A DNA stretch of 64,000 bases from IMGVR_UViG_3300044632_001003:62001-126000, one strand, 5' to 3'; positions 24,363-35,490 are shown, counted from the first letter of the stretch. Notes: generated from the letters alone by a model not told the origin. Translations and numbers: made by a program.

Positions 24363-25397
24363 TCATAGTGTAATCCAACGTTGGTTTTTAAGAGTCCATT
24401 GAGTTACCTCTGCAATTCTTTCTTTTACAGATTTTGCAGGAACCCATCCAAGATTTTTCATTTTATCACCATCCAAAGCATAACGCAAGTCATGCCCAGG
24501 GCGTGAAGAATGGAAGTCAATTAATTCGTAGTTTAATTCTTTTCCTTGGGCTTCGGCAATGATTTGTGCCAACTCCAGGTTGTTGAGTTCTTCCGCTCCA
24601 ACAATGTTAAACTTAGGGCATTTAGCACCACCCCAAGTAGGTTCGAACTTACCCTCATAATTTAAAAGAAATAGAATTGCAGAGGAGACATCTTCTGCAT
24701 GTATGTAGTGACGAGACCCAGGAATTGTGCAGGTTTTGTCACTATGAATTGTTACTGTTTCTCCATCCCTAATCTTCTTAATGCACATTGGAATGTATTT
24801 CTCTGGGTGCTGACGCTCACCAAACACATTCATTGTGTGAGTAATGTAAATGGGAAGACCATAGGTGTTCTCATATGCTACGGCAAGTTCTTCGCCACCT
24901 GCTTTTGATGCACTATAAGGATTGGTTGAATTGTATCGGTCATTCTCTTTATATTTGATTCCATCTGGAGCAGGACCAAATACTTCATCTGTGCTGAAAT
25001 ACACAAACCTTTCAAGGTTACCCTTTTGTGCTCGCGCAAACTCTAGAATGTTACAAGTTCCAACTACATTATCAAGGACAAACTCCATAGGATACTCGAT
25101 ACTACGATCGACATGAGACCCAGCAGCAAGATGGAGAATGTAATCAACAGAGCCAATTTCACTACGAACAAGAGGATTAAGTTCTGCCTTCAAATCATGA
25201 TGAACAACTTTCACACGTGTGCGAGTTTCAGCGTCAAAAGAAAGCATCAAGTCATGAAGACGATTTAAGTTTCCACTATAATCCAGTCTATCAAGGGTGA
25301 CAACTTCCCAATTAGTTTCTCTAAGAATTTGCCCAATCATATGATGGGCAATGAACCCTGCACCACCAGTAATAAGAACTCTTTTAGTCATAATCAC
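24363..25397 (-). CDS. rfbB: dTDP-glucose 4,6-dehydratase-like NAD-dependent SDR
   Basis: LITGGAGFIA, HLAAGSHVDRSI, STDEVFG, YSASK, NVFGERQHPEKYIP, RPGHDLRYALD. Confidence 0.88.
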   Translation of the reverse strand: MIMTKRVLITGGAGFIAHHMIGQILRETNWEVVTLDRLDYSGNLNRLHDLMLSFDAETRTRVKVVHHDLKAELNPLVRSEIGSVDYILHLAAGSHVDRSIEYPMEFVLDNVVGTCNILEFARAQKGNLERFVYFSTDEVFGPAPDGIKYKENDRYNSTNPYSASKAGGEELAVAYENTYGLPIYITHTMNVFGERQHPEKYIPMCIKKIRDGETVTIHSDKTCTIPGSRHYIHAEDVSSAILFLLNYEGKFEPTWGGAKCPKFNIVGAEELNNLELAQIIAEAQGKELNYELIDFHSSRPGHDLRYALDGDKMKNLGWVPAKSVKERIAEVTQWTLKNQRWITL

Positions 25398-25567
25398 TCT
25401 TCAAATTTGTAACTTAATTTAATGTCTTTCTTTTTCAGTTTGTAGCGATCAATGTGCTTTTGTCGATGACTCTCAGACTCAAAATAGCACTTGCGAGTTT
25501 CATTCCCGTCTTTATACACCAACTTCCAAGGAAATTGATCAAAAGGAAATTCTTCAGCGTAATCCAT
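25394..25567 (-). CDS. 57-aa hypothetical protein (MDYAEEFPFDQFPWKL...)
   Basis: hand translation. Confidence 0.6.
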   Translation of the reverse strand: MDYAEEFPFDQFPWKLVYKDGNETRKCYFESESHRQKHIDRYKLKKKDIKLSYKFEE

Positions 25568-25622
25568 CAGGTAGGTTGCTCAACATAATCAGTATAAGGC
25601 AGACTTCACTAGAAGTCAAGAG

Positions 25623-26096
25623 TCATTCACCAAGTGTATGAATGACTGGTTTTTCGTGGGCAAGAATGTGATAAAGGTCGGGGTTCTTTGCTGCTGATAC
25701 AGGAACAAATTCGGTCTCAGGGTGAAACTCGTCATCACGGATTGCTTGGTTGATGACGATAGACCCATCAGCACCTGAATATGAACGATGGAAGGTCATC
25801 TTAGGAATCACAAGAGCACCAGAAGAACGATTGAGATGAACGATATGGTATGGATATCTCCACTCAGGATTCACCAGTTCAAATGTGCGAAGACCAGACA
25901 GAACACGATTGTGATCTATCTGATGATAGTGAATATAAAATTGTTTTGCTCCCACAATATCATCGGGTGGAGAGATTGCAGGCCCAGTGTGACACACAAG
26001 GTCTTGTGCGTTAGAACCATCTACAGAGATATCGTAGAAGACAACTGCTTCAGTCTCACGGAATACTCTGTGTTTCTTAAAAGTTACTTCGCTCAT
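25623..26096 (-). CDS. RmlC-like cupin protein
   Basis: FYIHYHQIDHNRVLSG...ALVIP..TFHRS. Confidence 0.65.
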   Translation of the reverse strand: MSEVTFKKHRVFRETEAVVFYDISVDGSNAQDLVCHTGPAISPPDDIVGAKQFYIHYHQIDHNRVLSGLRTFELVNPEWRYPYHIVHLNRSSGALVIPKMTFHRSYSGADGSIVINQAIRDDEFHPETEFVPVSAAKNPDLYHILAHEKPVIHTLGE

Positions 26097-27068
26097 TAGT
26101 CGTAGGTGTTTTGCTCCTGATTCAATCTATCTATGTGATGATAAATGGTTGCTTGTGAATATTGAAATTCCTTAAACCTTTGTGGTTTATTCTTTTGCAT
26201 CTTAGTAAGCATGTTGATCCATTGATAGCGATTATCAACCACCCAACCATAACGACGCTCATCGTGCATCAAATCAAAAATAGAAATCATTTGAACCCCT
26301 TGCTTTTCTTTTTATCTAATACTTCAATGTGACTTAAAAAGTTTCCACCACGTTGAAACCAGAAGACTTGAACGTCTTCATAGTTATCAAACACAGACTC
26401 TTTACCATCTTCAAACACTAACTTATAATCGTGACGAATGTAAGGTTCATCCGATGTTTGTTTGAATACTTTAAGTTCGGTCATTTTTCATAATAATCAA
26501 TTTACCAGCAAGCATTCCATAAAACAATTCACACATCTTGTCTTCACAAGACTTCATCTTTTCTTTGGAGAGAACAATGAGAGCGTTGAGTTCTTCTTCG
26601 TTTAAGTTCCAATCGGTTAGGTTGTGTTCGGTGACTTTCATTTTACAATAAATTAGGGCATTTAGTAGCAACAATAGATAAAGCGGTAACTTCAATCATA
26701 GAAGATTGATTAATAACTCTTCGCACATTTGACCCACCAAACTTATCATTTGCTTTGGAATATGAAAGTAAAACGGAACGTAGTGAATCTATGCCTTTCA
26801 TACGATAAGTACAAAAGTCAGCGGCAACAAAGTTTAGAAGTCCTATTAAAGTCAGTTCAGCCATAGCATAAAGATTTGGTTATTCTGAGTCAAATTTATT
26901 CCACTTTGCTATTCTAAGGCACATCAGCAAAGTTTGATGTTCGCGGTCATACAATTCCCAATCTTGTTTGAGTTTTGCAGCATATCGACGACGATATGCA
27001 CAGCACCAGACATTATAGAATATCCTATCTTTTTCAGTTAAAGACATATCTGTTCCCCATACACCCAA
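26096..27068 (-). other. run of five small coupled hypothetical ORFs (26096..26290, 26287..26484, 26471..26695, 26643..26864, 26880..27068)
   Basis: track ORFs with overlapping start/stop codons. Confidence 0.65.
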
Positions 27069-27325
27069 CCAGCATCGGTTTTAATAAGTTCCCAATAAGA
27101 ATCCCCATCAAGTCTCCTAAAGAGATAACGTGTTCCATCCTCACGCTCACACATAAAGTCACACTTGTGCGGAGAATACAAACGAACCTCAAGTACTTTG
27201 TCGTTTTTGTTGAGCATAGGTAATTACATACTTTTTGTGTTCGGTATGAAGGTCGGAACAAATATAGTGTTCCAACTTTCCACCAAGTTCTTCTGCGATT
27301 TTTTCTAATTGCTTTTCAATTTCAG

Positions 27326-27694
27326 TCATTGTTCATCATCCCATGGTGCTTTACGATTCATAAGTTCTTTAATTCTTTCCACCACAGCAGGATCTTGTGG
27401 TTCATTGATTCGTCGCACAAGTTCATCATATGCTTCTGCGGATACAATAATCCTTTCTGGTTCTTGTCCCAATCTCAACCTACGTTCTGGACTGATGGTT
27501 ATATTGTAAGGGTCATCATAAGGATAGATGTATTCCTGAAACCAACCAATACTCAAACTCTCCCAGAACTCACCATATCCCCATTCATCACCGTCATCAT
27601 AACAGTCAAGAATATACAGGACATTACGAAATCCATCAAGGAAGATTTCCCATTTTGTTGGGTTTTCAAATCTCACGGCGTTTCGTCGCTCCAA
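27326..27694 (-). CDS. hypothetical protein
   Basis: 122-aa track ORF. Confidence 0.7.
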   Translation of the reverse strand: MERRNAVRFENPTKWEIFLDGFRNVLYILDCYDDGDEWGYGEFWESLSIGWFQEYIYPYDDPYNITISPERRLRLGQEPERIIVSAEAYDELVRRINEPQDPAVVERIKELMNRKAPWDDEQ

Positions 27695-27867
27695 TAATAA
27701 CGTAGTTTATCACCATCTGCGTGAATATTCAAGTGGTAAATCTTCTTGTCTTGTGTGTAAATGCCCACCCATAGACTCCGTTCGTTCATACTTTCCAGGT
27801 GAAACATTTCCACCTCTTCCAGTACAATTTCGTCTGGGTTTTCTTCCCACCTTACTAGTTTAGTCAT
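27673..27867 (-). CDS. hypothetical protein
   Basis: 64-aa track ORF. Confidence 0.7.
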   Translation of the reverse strand: MTKLVRWEENPDEIVLEEVEMFHLESMNERSLWVGIYTQDKKIYHLNIHADGDKLRYYWSDETP

Positions 27868-28036
27868 AAGTCTCTAATGTATCCATAGTTCAGATAGTCC
27901 CAAAACATATTGTGATAATCTTCAAAGTCCCATTCAAGGTCAGTTCCATCATAACTCACAAGGTCCGTCCAAGTTTGATATGCCCACCTCCACATCAATC
28001 TTCTCAACCAGAATTGTTTGATATTGTATGTAAGGT

Positions 28037-28525
28037 TCATTCTCTCAAACTATCCAACACTTGAAGAATAAAAGCAATCGAGTTAGCATACTCTCGTCCA
28101 TCTTGCCCACCCATTACAATATAAGCAATCTCTTTTTCGGCAAGTTCAATTCTCTCATTTCTGGTGAGTTCTTTGAGTTCAGGACGATACCAATTACCAT
28201 CAGCATCTTGTTTGAAACCAGCATTCAGTTTTTCACGACGCTCTGCTTCTTCAAACATTTCATCGGGGTATGGTTCGCAATCCATTGTTTTTTCTATTTC
28301 AAGTTTAATTTCAGGTGCTTTGGTTCCAAGAGTAAGAGTTTCAAGGGTTGGAGAAGGCATACGGGATGTTTCTTTACCGTTTGTATAGAAGATTAAGTCC
28401 TTGTTCATAAGTTTCCTCAGTTTCTCTTTGCCGTATTCAGTGAGTTCGTGTTTTTTGTTGCGGAGTTCTTCTACTTCTTCTTGGGTGAGATTGACCCAAG
28501 GCATATCATTGTTCATTGTTCCCAA
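28037..28525 (-). CDS. modular hypothetical protein (MNNDMPWVNLT...)
   Basis: 162-aa track ORF. Confidence 0.7.
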   Translation of the reverse strand: MGTMNNDMPWVNLTQEEVEELRNKKHELTEYGKEKLRKLMNKDLIFYTNGKETSRMPSPTLETLTLGTKAPEIKLEIEKTMDCEPYPDEMFEEAERREKLNAGFKQDADGNWYRPELKELTRNERIELAEKEIAYIVMGGQDGREYANSIAFILQVLDSLRE

Positions 28526-28695
28526 GCATAAGATTTCAGAAGTTCGTTGTCCTTCTCCAGTTGCTCTATTCTATCACACAACTCGGTGATAATACAAATC
28601 AAAGAAGGATAGCAAATAGTTTCAGTATCATTCCCATCCTCCATATCAATATAGCGGTGATGGCAAAGTTCTTTGGCAAAGTTGCGTTCAGTCAT
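28513..28695 (-). CDS. hypothetical protein
   Basis: 60-aa track ORF. Confidence 0.65.
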   Translation of the reverse strand: MTERNFAKELCHHRYIDMEDGNDTETICYPSLICIITELCDRIEQLEKDNELLKSYAWEQ

Positions 28696-29291
28696 CGTAG
28701 CATCCCCTTGATTTTACGCAAACAATCATTAAATCCATCAACAAGCAATTCAGTATCTACATTTTGACTTCCTGCTGCTGATTGTTCTTTCGGCAACCAA
28801 CTCTCCACCAAATCTACAATATCATTACAGGCATCAAAATCATAACCAAGTTCATCCACCAATCTATTAAAAAGCTTTTGTGCTTGGTATTTTTTAATTA
28901 ACCTATTCACAACCTCATCCATCGGTTTTGGATTATCTTTCTCATCCCAATATGCTCTCACATTCCTATAAGGTTCATCAACTACATCATCATACTTCCC
29001 CTTCTTTACATCGTTGAACCATACACCTTCAAGAAGACGATGAGTTTCACCATCACTAATATTAACCATCAGCATACCATCAACAGTATGCTTTCTCTTA
29101 TACCAAGTATGACTCTTATCATTAAATTCATAACGATAATAATTCTCACCATTATAAGAGACAATCTCAAACTTTCCACCAAGTTCAAAGTTCATTCTTG
29201 GTTGAGATTTATGGTTCTCAATCTCTTTGAGGAGTTCAAGTTTCTTTTGAAGCACTTTGATTTCTGCTTTTACTTTTTCAATTTCAGTCAT
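28692..29291 (-). CDS. modular hypothetical protein
   Basis: 199-aa track ORF; C-terminal domain paralogous to 29956..30120. Confidence 0.7.
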   Translation of the reverse strand: MTEIEKVKAEIKVLQKKLELLKEIENHKSQPRMNFELGGKFEIVSYNGENYYRYEFNDKSHTWYKRKHTVDGMLMVNISDGETHRLLEGVWFNDVKKGKYDDVVDEPYRNVRAYWDEKDNPKPMDEVVNRLIKKYQAQKLFNRLVDELGYDFDACNDIVDLVESWLPKEQSAAGSQNVDTELLVDGFNDCLRKIKGMLR

Positions 29292-29417
29292 TTTTCTTAT
29301 AAAACTCTATTTTGAGTTGAGTAATGAGTAAATCAACTTTATCTTCAATACGAGTAAGTCGTTCCTCAATCGTATCTATACGATACTCATCAATTGCTTC
29401 TTTTTTTATTTCGTAAA

Positions 29418-29876
29418 TCATAGTTTTATAAAGTGAAATTCACCATCTTGTTTTGTTTTACCCCAGAGAAATTCATTTGAATCTATATCATATCCAGCAT
29501 CTCTGGAATAGTAATTAATACCATCAAACTTCAAAAATGTGGAGACATAAGCATTTCTCTTGGGTATGATACAATTATCATTTATACCAATCCAAGAGTT
29601 ATTTACATACTCAAAAACAATCTCACAAGATTTGGTATTTGTAAGATTATTATAAGGTGTCATAATAACATTCTCACCAGACACGGATAATTCCAATGTT
29701 GTTGCCCGATAAGGTTTTTCTTCCCCATCAATATCATACCAACTCTTTGAGTATAACATTCCGTCAGGAAGTTCTTCAAATTTAATATGAATATGTGCCC
29801 AAAGTGATGGACTGTTAAATGCTTGCTGTTGGTTAGAATAATTACCAATCAATTTTACTTTGAAATCTTCAATCAT
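29418..29876 (-). CDS. cpeT: CpcT/CpeT-family phycobilin lyase
   Basis: GNYSNQQQAFNSPSLWAHIHI, PYR, C.I, S....DG..Y.SRDAGYD.....WG....F.F. Confidence 0.85.
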   Translation of the reverse strand: MIEDFKVKLIGNYSNQQQAFNSPSLWAHIHIKFEELPDGMLYSKSWYDIDGEEKPYRATTLELSVSGENVIMTPYNNLTNTKSCEIVFEYVNNSWIGINDNCIIPKRNAYVSTFLKFDGINYYSRDAGYDIDSNEFLWGKTKQDGEFHFIKL

Positions 29877-29959
29877 AAGGCATCCTCCTCCACAGGAAAT
29901 AGGTTAGCATACTCTTCATCAGTCAGTGTGAGATTGACCCACGGCATATCATCGTTCAT
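29873..29959 (-). CDS. 28-aa chimeric micro-ORF (MNDDMPWVNLTLTDEEYANLFPVEEDAL)
   Basis: hand translation; ATGA overlaps at both ends. Confidence 0.5.
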   Translation of the reverse strand: MNDDMPWVNLTLTDEEYANLFPVEEDAL

Positions 29960-30120
29960 CGTAGTTTCTCCCGCATAAGTTTCAGACACTCGTTCCATTT
30001 ATAAGAGTTAGTATCGTGTTCTTTCGGCAACCAACCTTCTACGGCATCCACAATCTCATCGGTGCAGTCAATACTATACCCCAAGTCATCCCGTATAATG
30101 TCCCAGAGTTTTCTAGTCAT
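29956..30120 (-). CDS. 54-aa hypothetical protein (MTRKLWDIIRDDLGY...VEGWLPKE...)
   Basis: hand translation; paralog of the C-terminus of 28692..29291. Confidence 0.65.
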   Translation of the reverse strand: MTRKLWDIIRDDLGYSIDCTDEIVDAVEGWLPKEHDTNSYKWNECLKLMREKLR

Positions 30121-31175
30121 TGGTCTTGGAGCATCTCCCAGTATTATAACCCGTCATATATGCGGAATGCAACCACTTGGTCATCAAATCCTTACGAGTA
30201 TTCACATCTTCTACTTCGCAATCACCGAAAAAATATTCACTACGAAGTGAAAAACCACCATAAAGGTCGTGAAACCATTTCTGAAATGCGACTTCGGCAG
30301 TATCTTCCCATTCCCATTCTGATGTAGGATGTTCAGTCATTTCAGTTCCTCTTCATCTTGCTCAATCTGAAAGATAGCATTTAGAAACTCCAGACCATAC
30401 TTACCCACGACCCAGGCATCTTTATCCTCAAAGAACCGATCACCAATAGTCCACATATCATAATACTCTTTACCTTTATTGAAGAAGGCAATCACATAAC
30501 AATACTCTTTGCCTTCACATTTATGCCACCTAACGAGTTCATACTTGTTGTTGACTTCGCACCAACGGAACTCTATGTTACGAAACCTCATTCTTCTTCC
30601 TCTTCATAAGGGAACATTTCATCATACTCTTCATCAGTCAGAGTAAGATACTGAACATCAGCATTTTTGTGTTCTTCGGCATACACCAACTGATAGTGAG
30701 CAAAACTGCTTTCAGAAGTGCTGGCGTATTCTAAAAGACCATCAACAAAGCATAGGTAGTTCATTAGAGCACCTCCCAATCACATTCCCAGAAGTCGTTG
30801 ATATTCACCCAGAAGAAGTATTTCTGGTTCTCTGATGCGAGAAACAGCATACCATCACCCTTATCCTGCTCCACAATACAGATAGGGTTGTTGTCCATCA
30901 TATTCGCAAGGCGGTTCTTAGCCTTCTTGCTTTTGGGTCTGACTGTTACTCTTCTCATTTTGAATCTCCAGTTTCAGTTTGCGAATACCAGTAATAAAGT
31001 AAGCAAAGTCACGGGATTCAGTCACCCGTTTTTCTTCACCACATACACCACACTTACCATTCCAGACAGATGAACAACCGACTGAATAGACACCATACTT
31101 TTGCCCACAATCCATACAGGTTGTGCCTGTCTGCTCAAGGCGTTTGAGTAGTGCCTTCTTCTCTTTGAGGGTCAT
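30113..31175 (-). other. run of small coupled hypothetical ORFs (30113..30340, 30337..30591, 30588..30779, 30764..30958, 30918..31175)
   Basis: track ORFs with overlapping start/stop codons. Confidence 0.7.
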
Positions 31176-31196
31176 AGGGGCGTTTCAGATATGAAT

Positions 31197-31254
31197 ATTA
31201 TAAAGCATCAGGAGGCGTCTTCAACGTCCTCTGTGCCAGTTTCGGAAGTGTCCT
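31197..31254 (-). promoter_or_regulatory. early promoter cassette
   Basis: GTGCCAGT-N6-AGTGTCCT 31233-31254; 30 bp to TATAAT. Confidence 0.7.
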
Positions 31255-31651
31255 CGTCAGGCAACTCCTCATCTAAATCCACACCGTCCAATACTTCATC
31301 TGACCATTCTTTTACTCTTTCCAACACTTCATCCATAGAATATGTTTCTACTTTACCAAGCTCAACGTCTTCTACCATTTGTAAAAGATATTCCAGAAAC
31401 TCTTTGGGATAACATTCATCTTCACCAAGAGAAGACCAGAACCAATCTCTACATTCTTCTTCTGGATCTTCTACTGTTCTGGGGAGAGCATAGTTATCAT
31501 AGTTGGAAGTCATCAGGTCAGCCCAGATGCGAAATGTGATTCGCATACTCTGCCATCCAGTCATCCAACAATGACCAATCCAATACTCCCACCAGTTCAA
31601 GGTGGTTTTCTTTTTATCAGTTCCTTTAAGTGCTTTACTAAACATCAGCAC
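31208..31651 (-). CDS. hypothetical protein
   Basis: 147-aa track ORF with an acidic tail that encodes the operator. Confidence 0.75.
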   Translation of the reverse strand: MLMFSKALKGTDKKKTTLNWWEYWIGHCWMTGWQSMRITFRIWADLMTSNYDNYALPRTVEDPEEECRDWFWSSLGEDECYPKEFLEYLLQMVEDVELGKVETYSMDEVLERVKEWSDEVLDGVDLDEELPDEDTSETGTEDVEDAS

Positions 31652-33035
31652 TCATCCATTCCAAGATATTCAGTTTCCTTTTCATCCACTTCTTTCATAT
31701 AGTCCCAGTTCCAAGTCCTAGAAAGAACATCAATATCAAATCCAAACTTATATGCCCAGAACAGAATACCTAAAAGACCATTGCTTCCCATTGTAATTTG
31801 AAGATAAGGTGAAGATGGGTAGTCATTCCAACTTACAGAAAACTGAAACAGAGACCACTGATACTTTTTGGGTCTGATGTTCAGGATCTGGACATATACT
31901 TCGTGTCCAAAGTCATAGCGATGCTTGAATTGAATTAGGTTCATTGTGTGAGTTCCTCTGCGAGTTGTAGCATGTCATTAACATCCAAAACTGTTAGTCC
32001 CATTTGGGCATTATAAGCCTTTACAGACTGTGTTGCAAGAGAAAGAATTGCTGCAACTAATTTTTCTTCAGTATCAGCACCAGAGTTTCGTGCTTCCCAT
32101 ATTGCATTCATAAATGCTTGTGCTCGATCCGTCATTTATAATCATCTCCGTATTCAATATTAGAGTCTGCGTTCATAAGTTCTACAGTAGTTTGATATCC
32201 CTGTGCTACTGTAACTTCGTGTTGAATCGCAATATCACGAAGTGCTTCTACATCATATTCATGAGCAGTAATCCAACTAAATCCTTTACCAAAAGTATTA
32301 TCAGGATTCACGATGTACCAGTGACAGGCAGTGTCGGGAACAAACACGGAACATTTAGTCCAGTCATTGTCCCACTGAGGAACCTGAACAAAAGAGAGTG
32401 CCGCAAAGATGAAACCAAGAAAACTAAAAATCATTGTTCCTTAACAACACAAGATGTAGTGCATTTAAGGTCACCAGAAGAACCAGAGACCGTAGATGTA
32501 TGGTGTGGGGTCTTTTCTGGTGTAAGATTATAAGACACCAATAGACCTACAGCAAATCCAATAACGGGCAAACAAACGTGAAGTAAAAAAGAATTACGAG
32601 TCCGCATTAGTATCCTCAAAGTCAAACCATTCATAAAGAGAGTTCATCGCACCATCCACCACACAATCAACCACAGCATCTTCGTGTGGATTCTCTACGT
32701 GTTTATGAGCACGGTTGTATCCATAACGGACACCTTCTTCCAATGCCATTTCCAATACCTTACGGAAGTTGGGTTTCATATCAATAAGGAAGAGATTTCA
32801 GACCATCCAGAACTTCCTGAAAGCGTTCAGCACGACTCTTGTGGTGCTCCACATTCTCCTCAAGCACACTCACAATATCGTCCAGGACAACATCCAGAGA
32901 CGCATCGGTATCAAAGTATTGTTGGATTGCTTCGGCAAGATACCGCCGCCGACTCCATTCCATACTATAAGGTTTGTAGTCCATAATAATGGGTGTATAT
33001 GGGTGTATTATAGGGTATTTACTACGGGTTGTCAA
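31645..33035 (-). other. run of small hypothetical ORFs (31645..31944, 31941..32135, 32132..32434, 32431..32634, 32594..32779, 32781..33035)
   Basis: track ORFs; TTGACA-17-TATAAT promoter at 33007-33035. Confidence 0.7.
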
Positions 33036-33039
33036 GACT

Positions 33040-33062
33040 AAAACGGGGGGATTTCTCCCCCC
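33040..33062 (-). terminator. rho-independent terminator
   Basis: G6/C6 hairpin followed by GTTTT on the minus strand. Confidence 0.65.
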
Positions 33063-33068
33063 AATAAC

Positions 33069-33266
33069 TCAATGTGAATGATCTAACAAACTTCTACATA
33101 TCCTTTTACACACTTGTTTTTCATCATCACATTCAATCAGACAATTAAAATAATCATTAACTAAATCCAATTCATCATTGCATCGATCTACAGTTTCTTC
33201 AAAATGGTTCCATTCAGCCAGTTGATTGTAAGAAATTAAGTTGTGCATAATAACCTCCATGCACAA
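33069..33266 (-). CDS. small host-like Cys-containing protein (MHNLISYNQL...DYFNCLIECDD..CKRICR)
   Basis: track ORF; GGAGG SD before MHNL. Confidence 0.7.
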   Translation of the reverse strand: MCMEVIMHNLISYNQLAEWNHFEETVDRCNDELDLVNDYFNCLIECDDEKQVCKRICRSLLDHSH

Positions 33267-33390
33267 AGAACATCATAATAATGGAGTTTTCGCTCATTTG
33301 TATCACCTCTCATATTGTAACACTATCTAGACAAATTATGTTCAGATAATAACATTTCCGCAACAAAAATTTATGCCTACGAGTTTATAC

Positions 33391-34223
33391 TTACTCTTCT
33401 TCAAGTTCTGCCAGATAATCAATCCACCACTGAGGATCTTTTTGCATCTTCCAGTTGGGAACCTCTTTACCGTGCTCAAAATACCATTTCCAGATTGCTT
33501 CGTCAATCACTTCAGCAATCTCAATCCTCTTCATTCTCACCATCAACGTCTCCATATGGGTTTTCCACATAGGGTCCGTGCTCTCGTTTGGAATCTTCTC
33601 GGACATAATTGACTTCTGATACGCTAGAGGACAACCAGACAGACACTTTCATTATAAGATATATAACCGCCAGTGGAAGAAAACAAAGTGAAAGTATTAC
33701 AGCGTGTTTCATTCTTCTATCTCAAAACACTTTTCAAACTTATCCCTCAACTCATTAAGTTTCGTTTGCTCTTGAAACTCCATAATATGTGCATTGATTT
33801 CTTTTTCTGCTTCAGTGAATTCCATACGATACTTTTGTTTAATATCAATCAAGCGCACCATATCCATATAGTGCTCTGGACTTTTATTAACAAACTCTTC
33901 GTAAGTCAATCCCGAGTCCTCCAATCGGTTTCGTCTTCATCACGTTTAAACCAATCATGCAGTTCATCTGGGCTGTCAAAACCTCTTCTACCAAATCTTT
34001 CGTGCCCTAAACCACCAATATCCATTGAGTTTAGAAAATCATCCATTTCGTCCATATTAGGATTTTCTGCTTTACGTCTTGCCTGACGGAGCATTGTACC
34101 AGCAGAGCGATTTGCTTTCGCAAGTTTCTCTGCCCAAATCATATCTTCAAGACTCACTTCTTCGTGAAGGACAATCTTTTCACAGATTGCTTCTAACCGA
34201 AGACGATATTGTGTAGATAACAT
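33391..34223 (-). other. four small hypothetical ORFs (33391..33606, 33521..33712, 33709..33924, 33906..34223)
   Basis: track ORFs. Confidence 0.65.
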
Positions 34224-34243
34224 ATCTTTCTCCAGATATAGGG

Positions 34244-34804
34244 TTATTTAGATTCTGCTTGAATCAGATTGAATGCCAGGGCAACTCGCCTAACATCCGA
34301 TCTATTTGGAAGGGTATGGTGGAGTAATGCTGATGGAAAAAATAGAATGGAGCCCTCAGTTACATTTTCTGGATTATATTCAACCATGCTACCATCAAAT
34401 AAATCTGTAAAGGGAGCTATGAATCGAACTGGTGTATGTAGTTCTGGATTATATTCCAAATAACATACAGCAGCAAATCCTGAGTAATGATTATGTACAG
34501 GATGTGACATGTATTTTTCTTGGATTTGAAACCAAGACGAAGAAATTTTACACATTTCAACCTTAAAAGTTTCCATGAAATAATATATCTCTTCGTTCAA
34601 AATTTCATGAACAGAGCGATTCAAGTTATTCATTTCATCGGAATTTTCATCCCGAATAGAACTATAAAAAGTGGTATGTAAATGAATTTGATTTTCAAAA
34701 TTACTGGATTGTGTTTCCATCAAATCGAGTAATTTTTTCTTTTTACTTTCCCAATCATGTACCTTTAGATGAAGCAAAGGTACGTTAAACATACTAATTA
34801 GCAT
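34244..34804 (-). CDS. 2OG-Fe(II) oxygenase, TIGR02466-like
   Basis: SSWFQ...HPVHNH...AVCYL, GSILFFPSALLHHT, RVALAFN. Confidence 0.85.
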   Translation of the reverse strand: MLISMFNVPLLHLKVHDWESKKKKLLDLMETQSSNFENQIHLHTTFYSSIRDENSDEMNNLNRSVHEILNEEIYYFMETFKVEMCKISSSWFQIQEKYMSHPVHNHYSGFAAVCYLEYNPELHTPVRFIAPFTDLFDGSMVEYNPENVTEGSILFFPSALLHHTLPNRSDVRRVALAFNLIQAESK

Positions 34805-35042
34805 CTGGATTATTTTTATTGCTGTATTCTTGTTGCAACTCTTTTGCTAGTTTCATAGCACGACGCCACATTAGATATTTTACCACAGGATTACGTGGAT
34901 TATTCAATAACCACCATTTTTGTTTCTCAAAGTTAGATTTTGCTAACTTTGTAATGTAATAAAAAGCAGCAGCGACACTATCATCGGTTGCGATGAAGTA
35001 TGCCACTACTGCAAATACGATAAACCAAGCGTAATAAGTCAT
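34794..35042 (-). CDS. hypothetical membrane protein
   Basis: 82-aa track ORF. Confidence 0.7.
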   Translation of the reverse strand: MTYYAWFIVFAVVAYFIATDDSVAAAFYYITKLAKSNFEKQKWWLLNNPRNPVVKYLMWRRAMKLAKELQQEYSNKNNPDAN

Positions 35043-35241
35043 CGTCTTAAATTTTTTAAATATTCTAGCACTTGCTCACGCACTGCCATTAATTCATTAT
35101 AGCACTTTTGTTCGTGTGCATCTTGTCTGAGTTCGTGATCTGGTTTATGGACGCTCTCAATAAACAAATCCAACCCTTTATTCCATTTAATTTCAGGAGT
35201 CTCTTCCATAATCAGTATCGTAGTTATACTATTTAACGGGT

Positions 35242-35490
35242 TTAAAGAAACTTGTCTAAACTGGAAACCGATGCGCCTTTTGCGGACTTTTGAATGTAGG
35301 TTTTTGCGGACTTGTAATTGTTTGCCACATGAATTTGTTGCCCATTGTGAATGATGACAAACTTTTTAGAATTTACCATCGGAACAGCAGCCCACATACC
35401 ATCTTTCGTCACATAACCTTGAGGGTCTCCTGGAGTTGGGTCAAGAATACCAGGACGATCGATAAAAGATTTTTGAAAAGATTCACTCAT
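35242..35490 (-). CDS. hypothetical protein (YVTKDGMWAAVP)
   Basis: 82-aa track ORF. Confidence 0.75.
   Translation of the reverse strand: MSESFQKSFIDRPGILDPTPGDPQGYVTKDGMWAAVPMVNSKKFVIIHNGQQIHVANNYKSAKTYIQKSAKGASVSSLDKFL

Noticed and set aside
25398-25620. wcaG-type ncRNA upstream of the epimerase gene
   Set aside because: The interval is filled by a coupled 57-aa ORF and shows no matching structure
33318-33335. NtcA-like site TGTA-N8-TAGA
   Set aside because: It mismatches in the conserved TAC and occurs once; too weak to call
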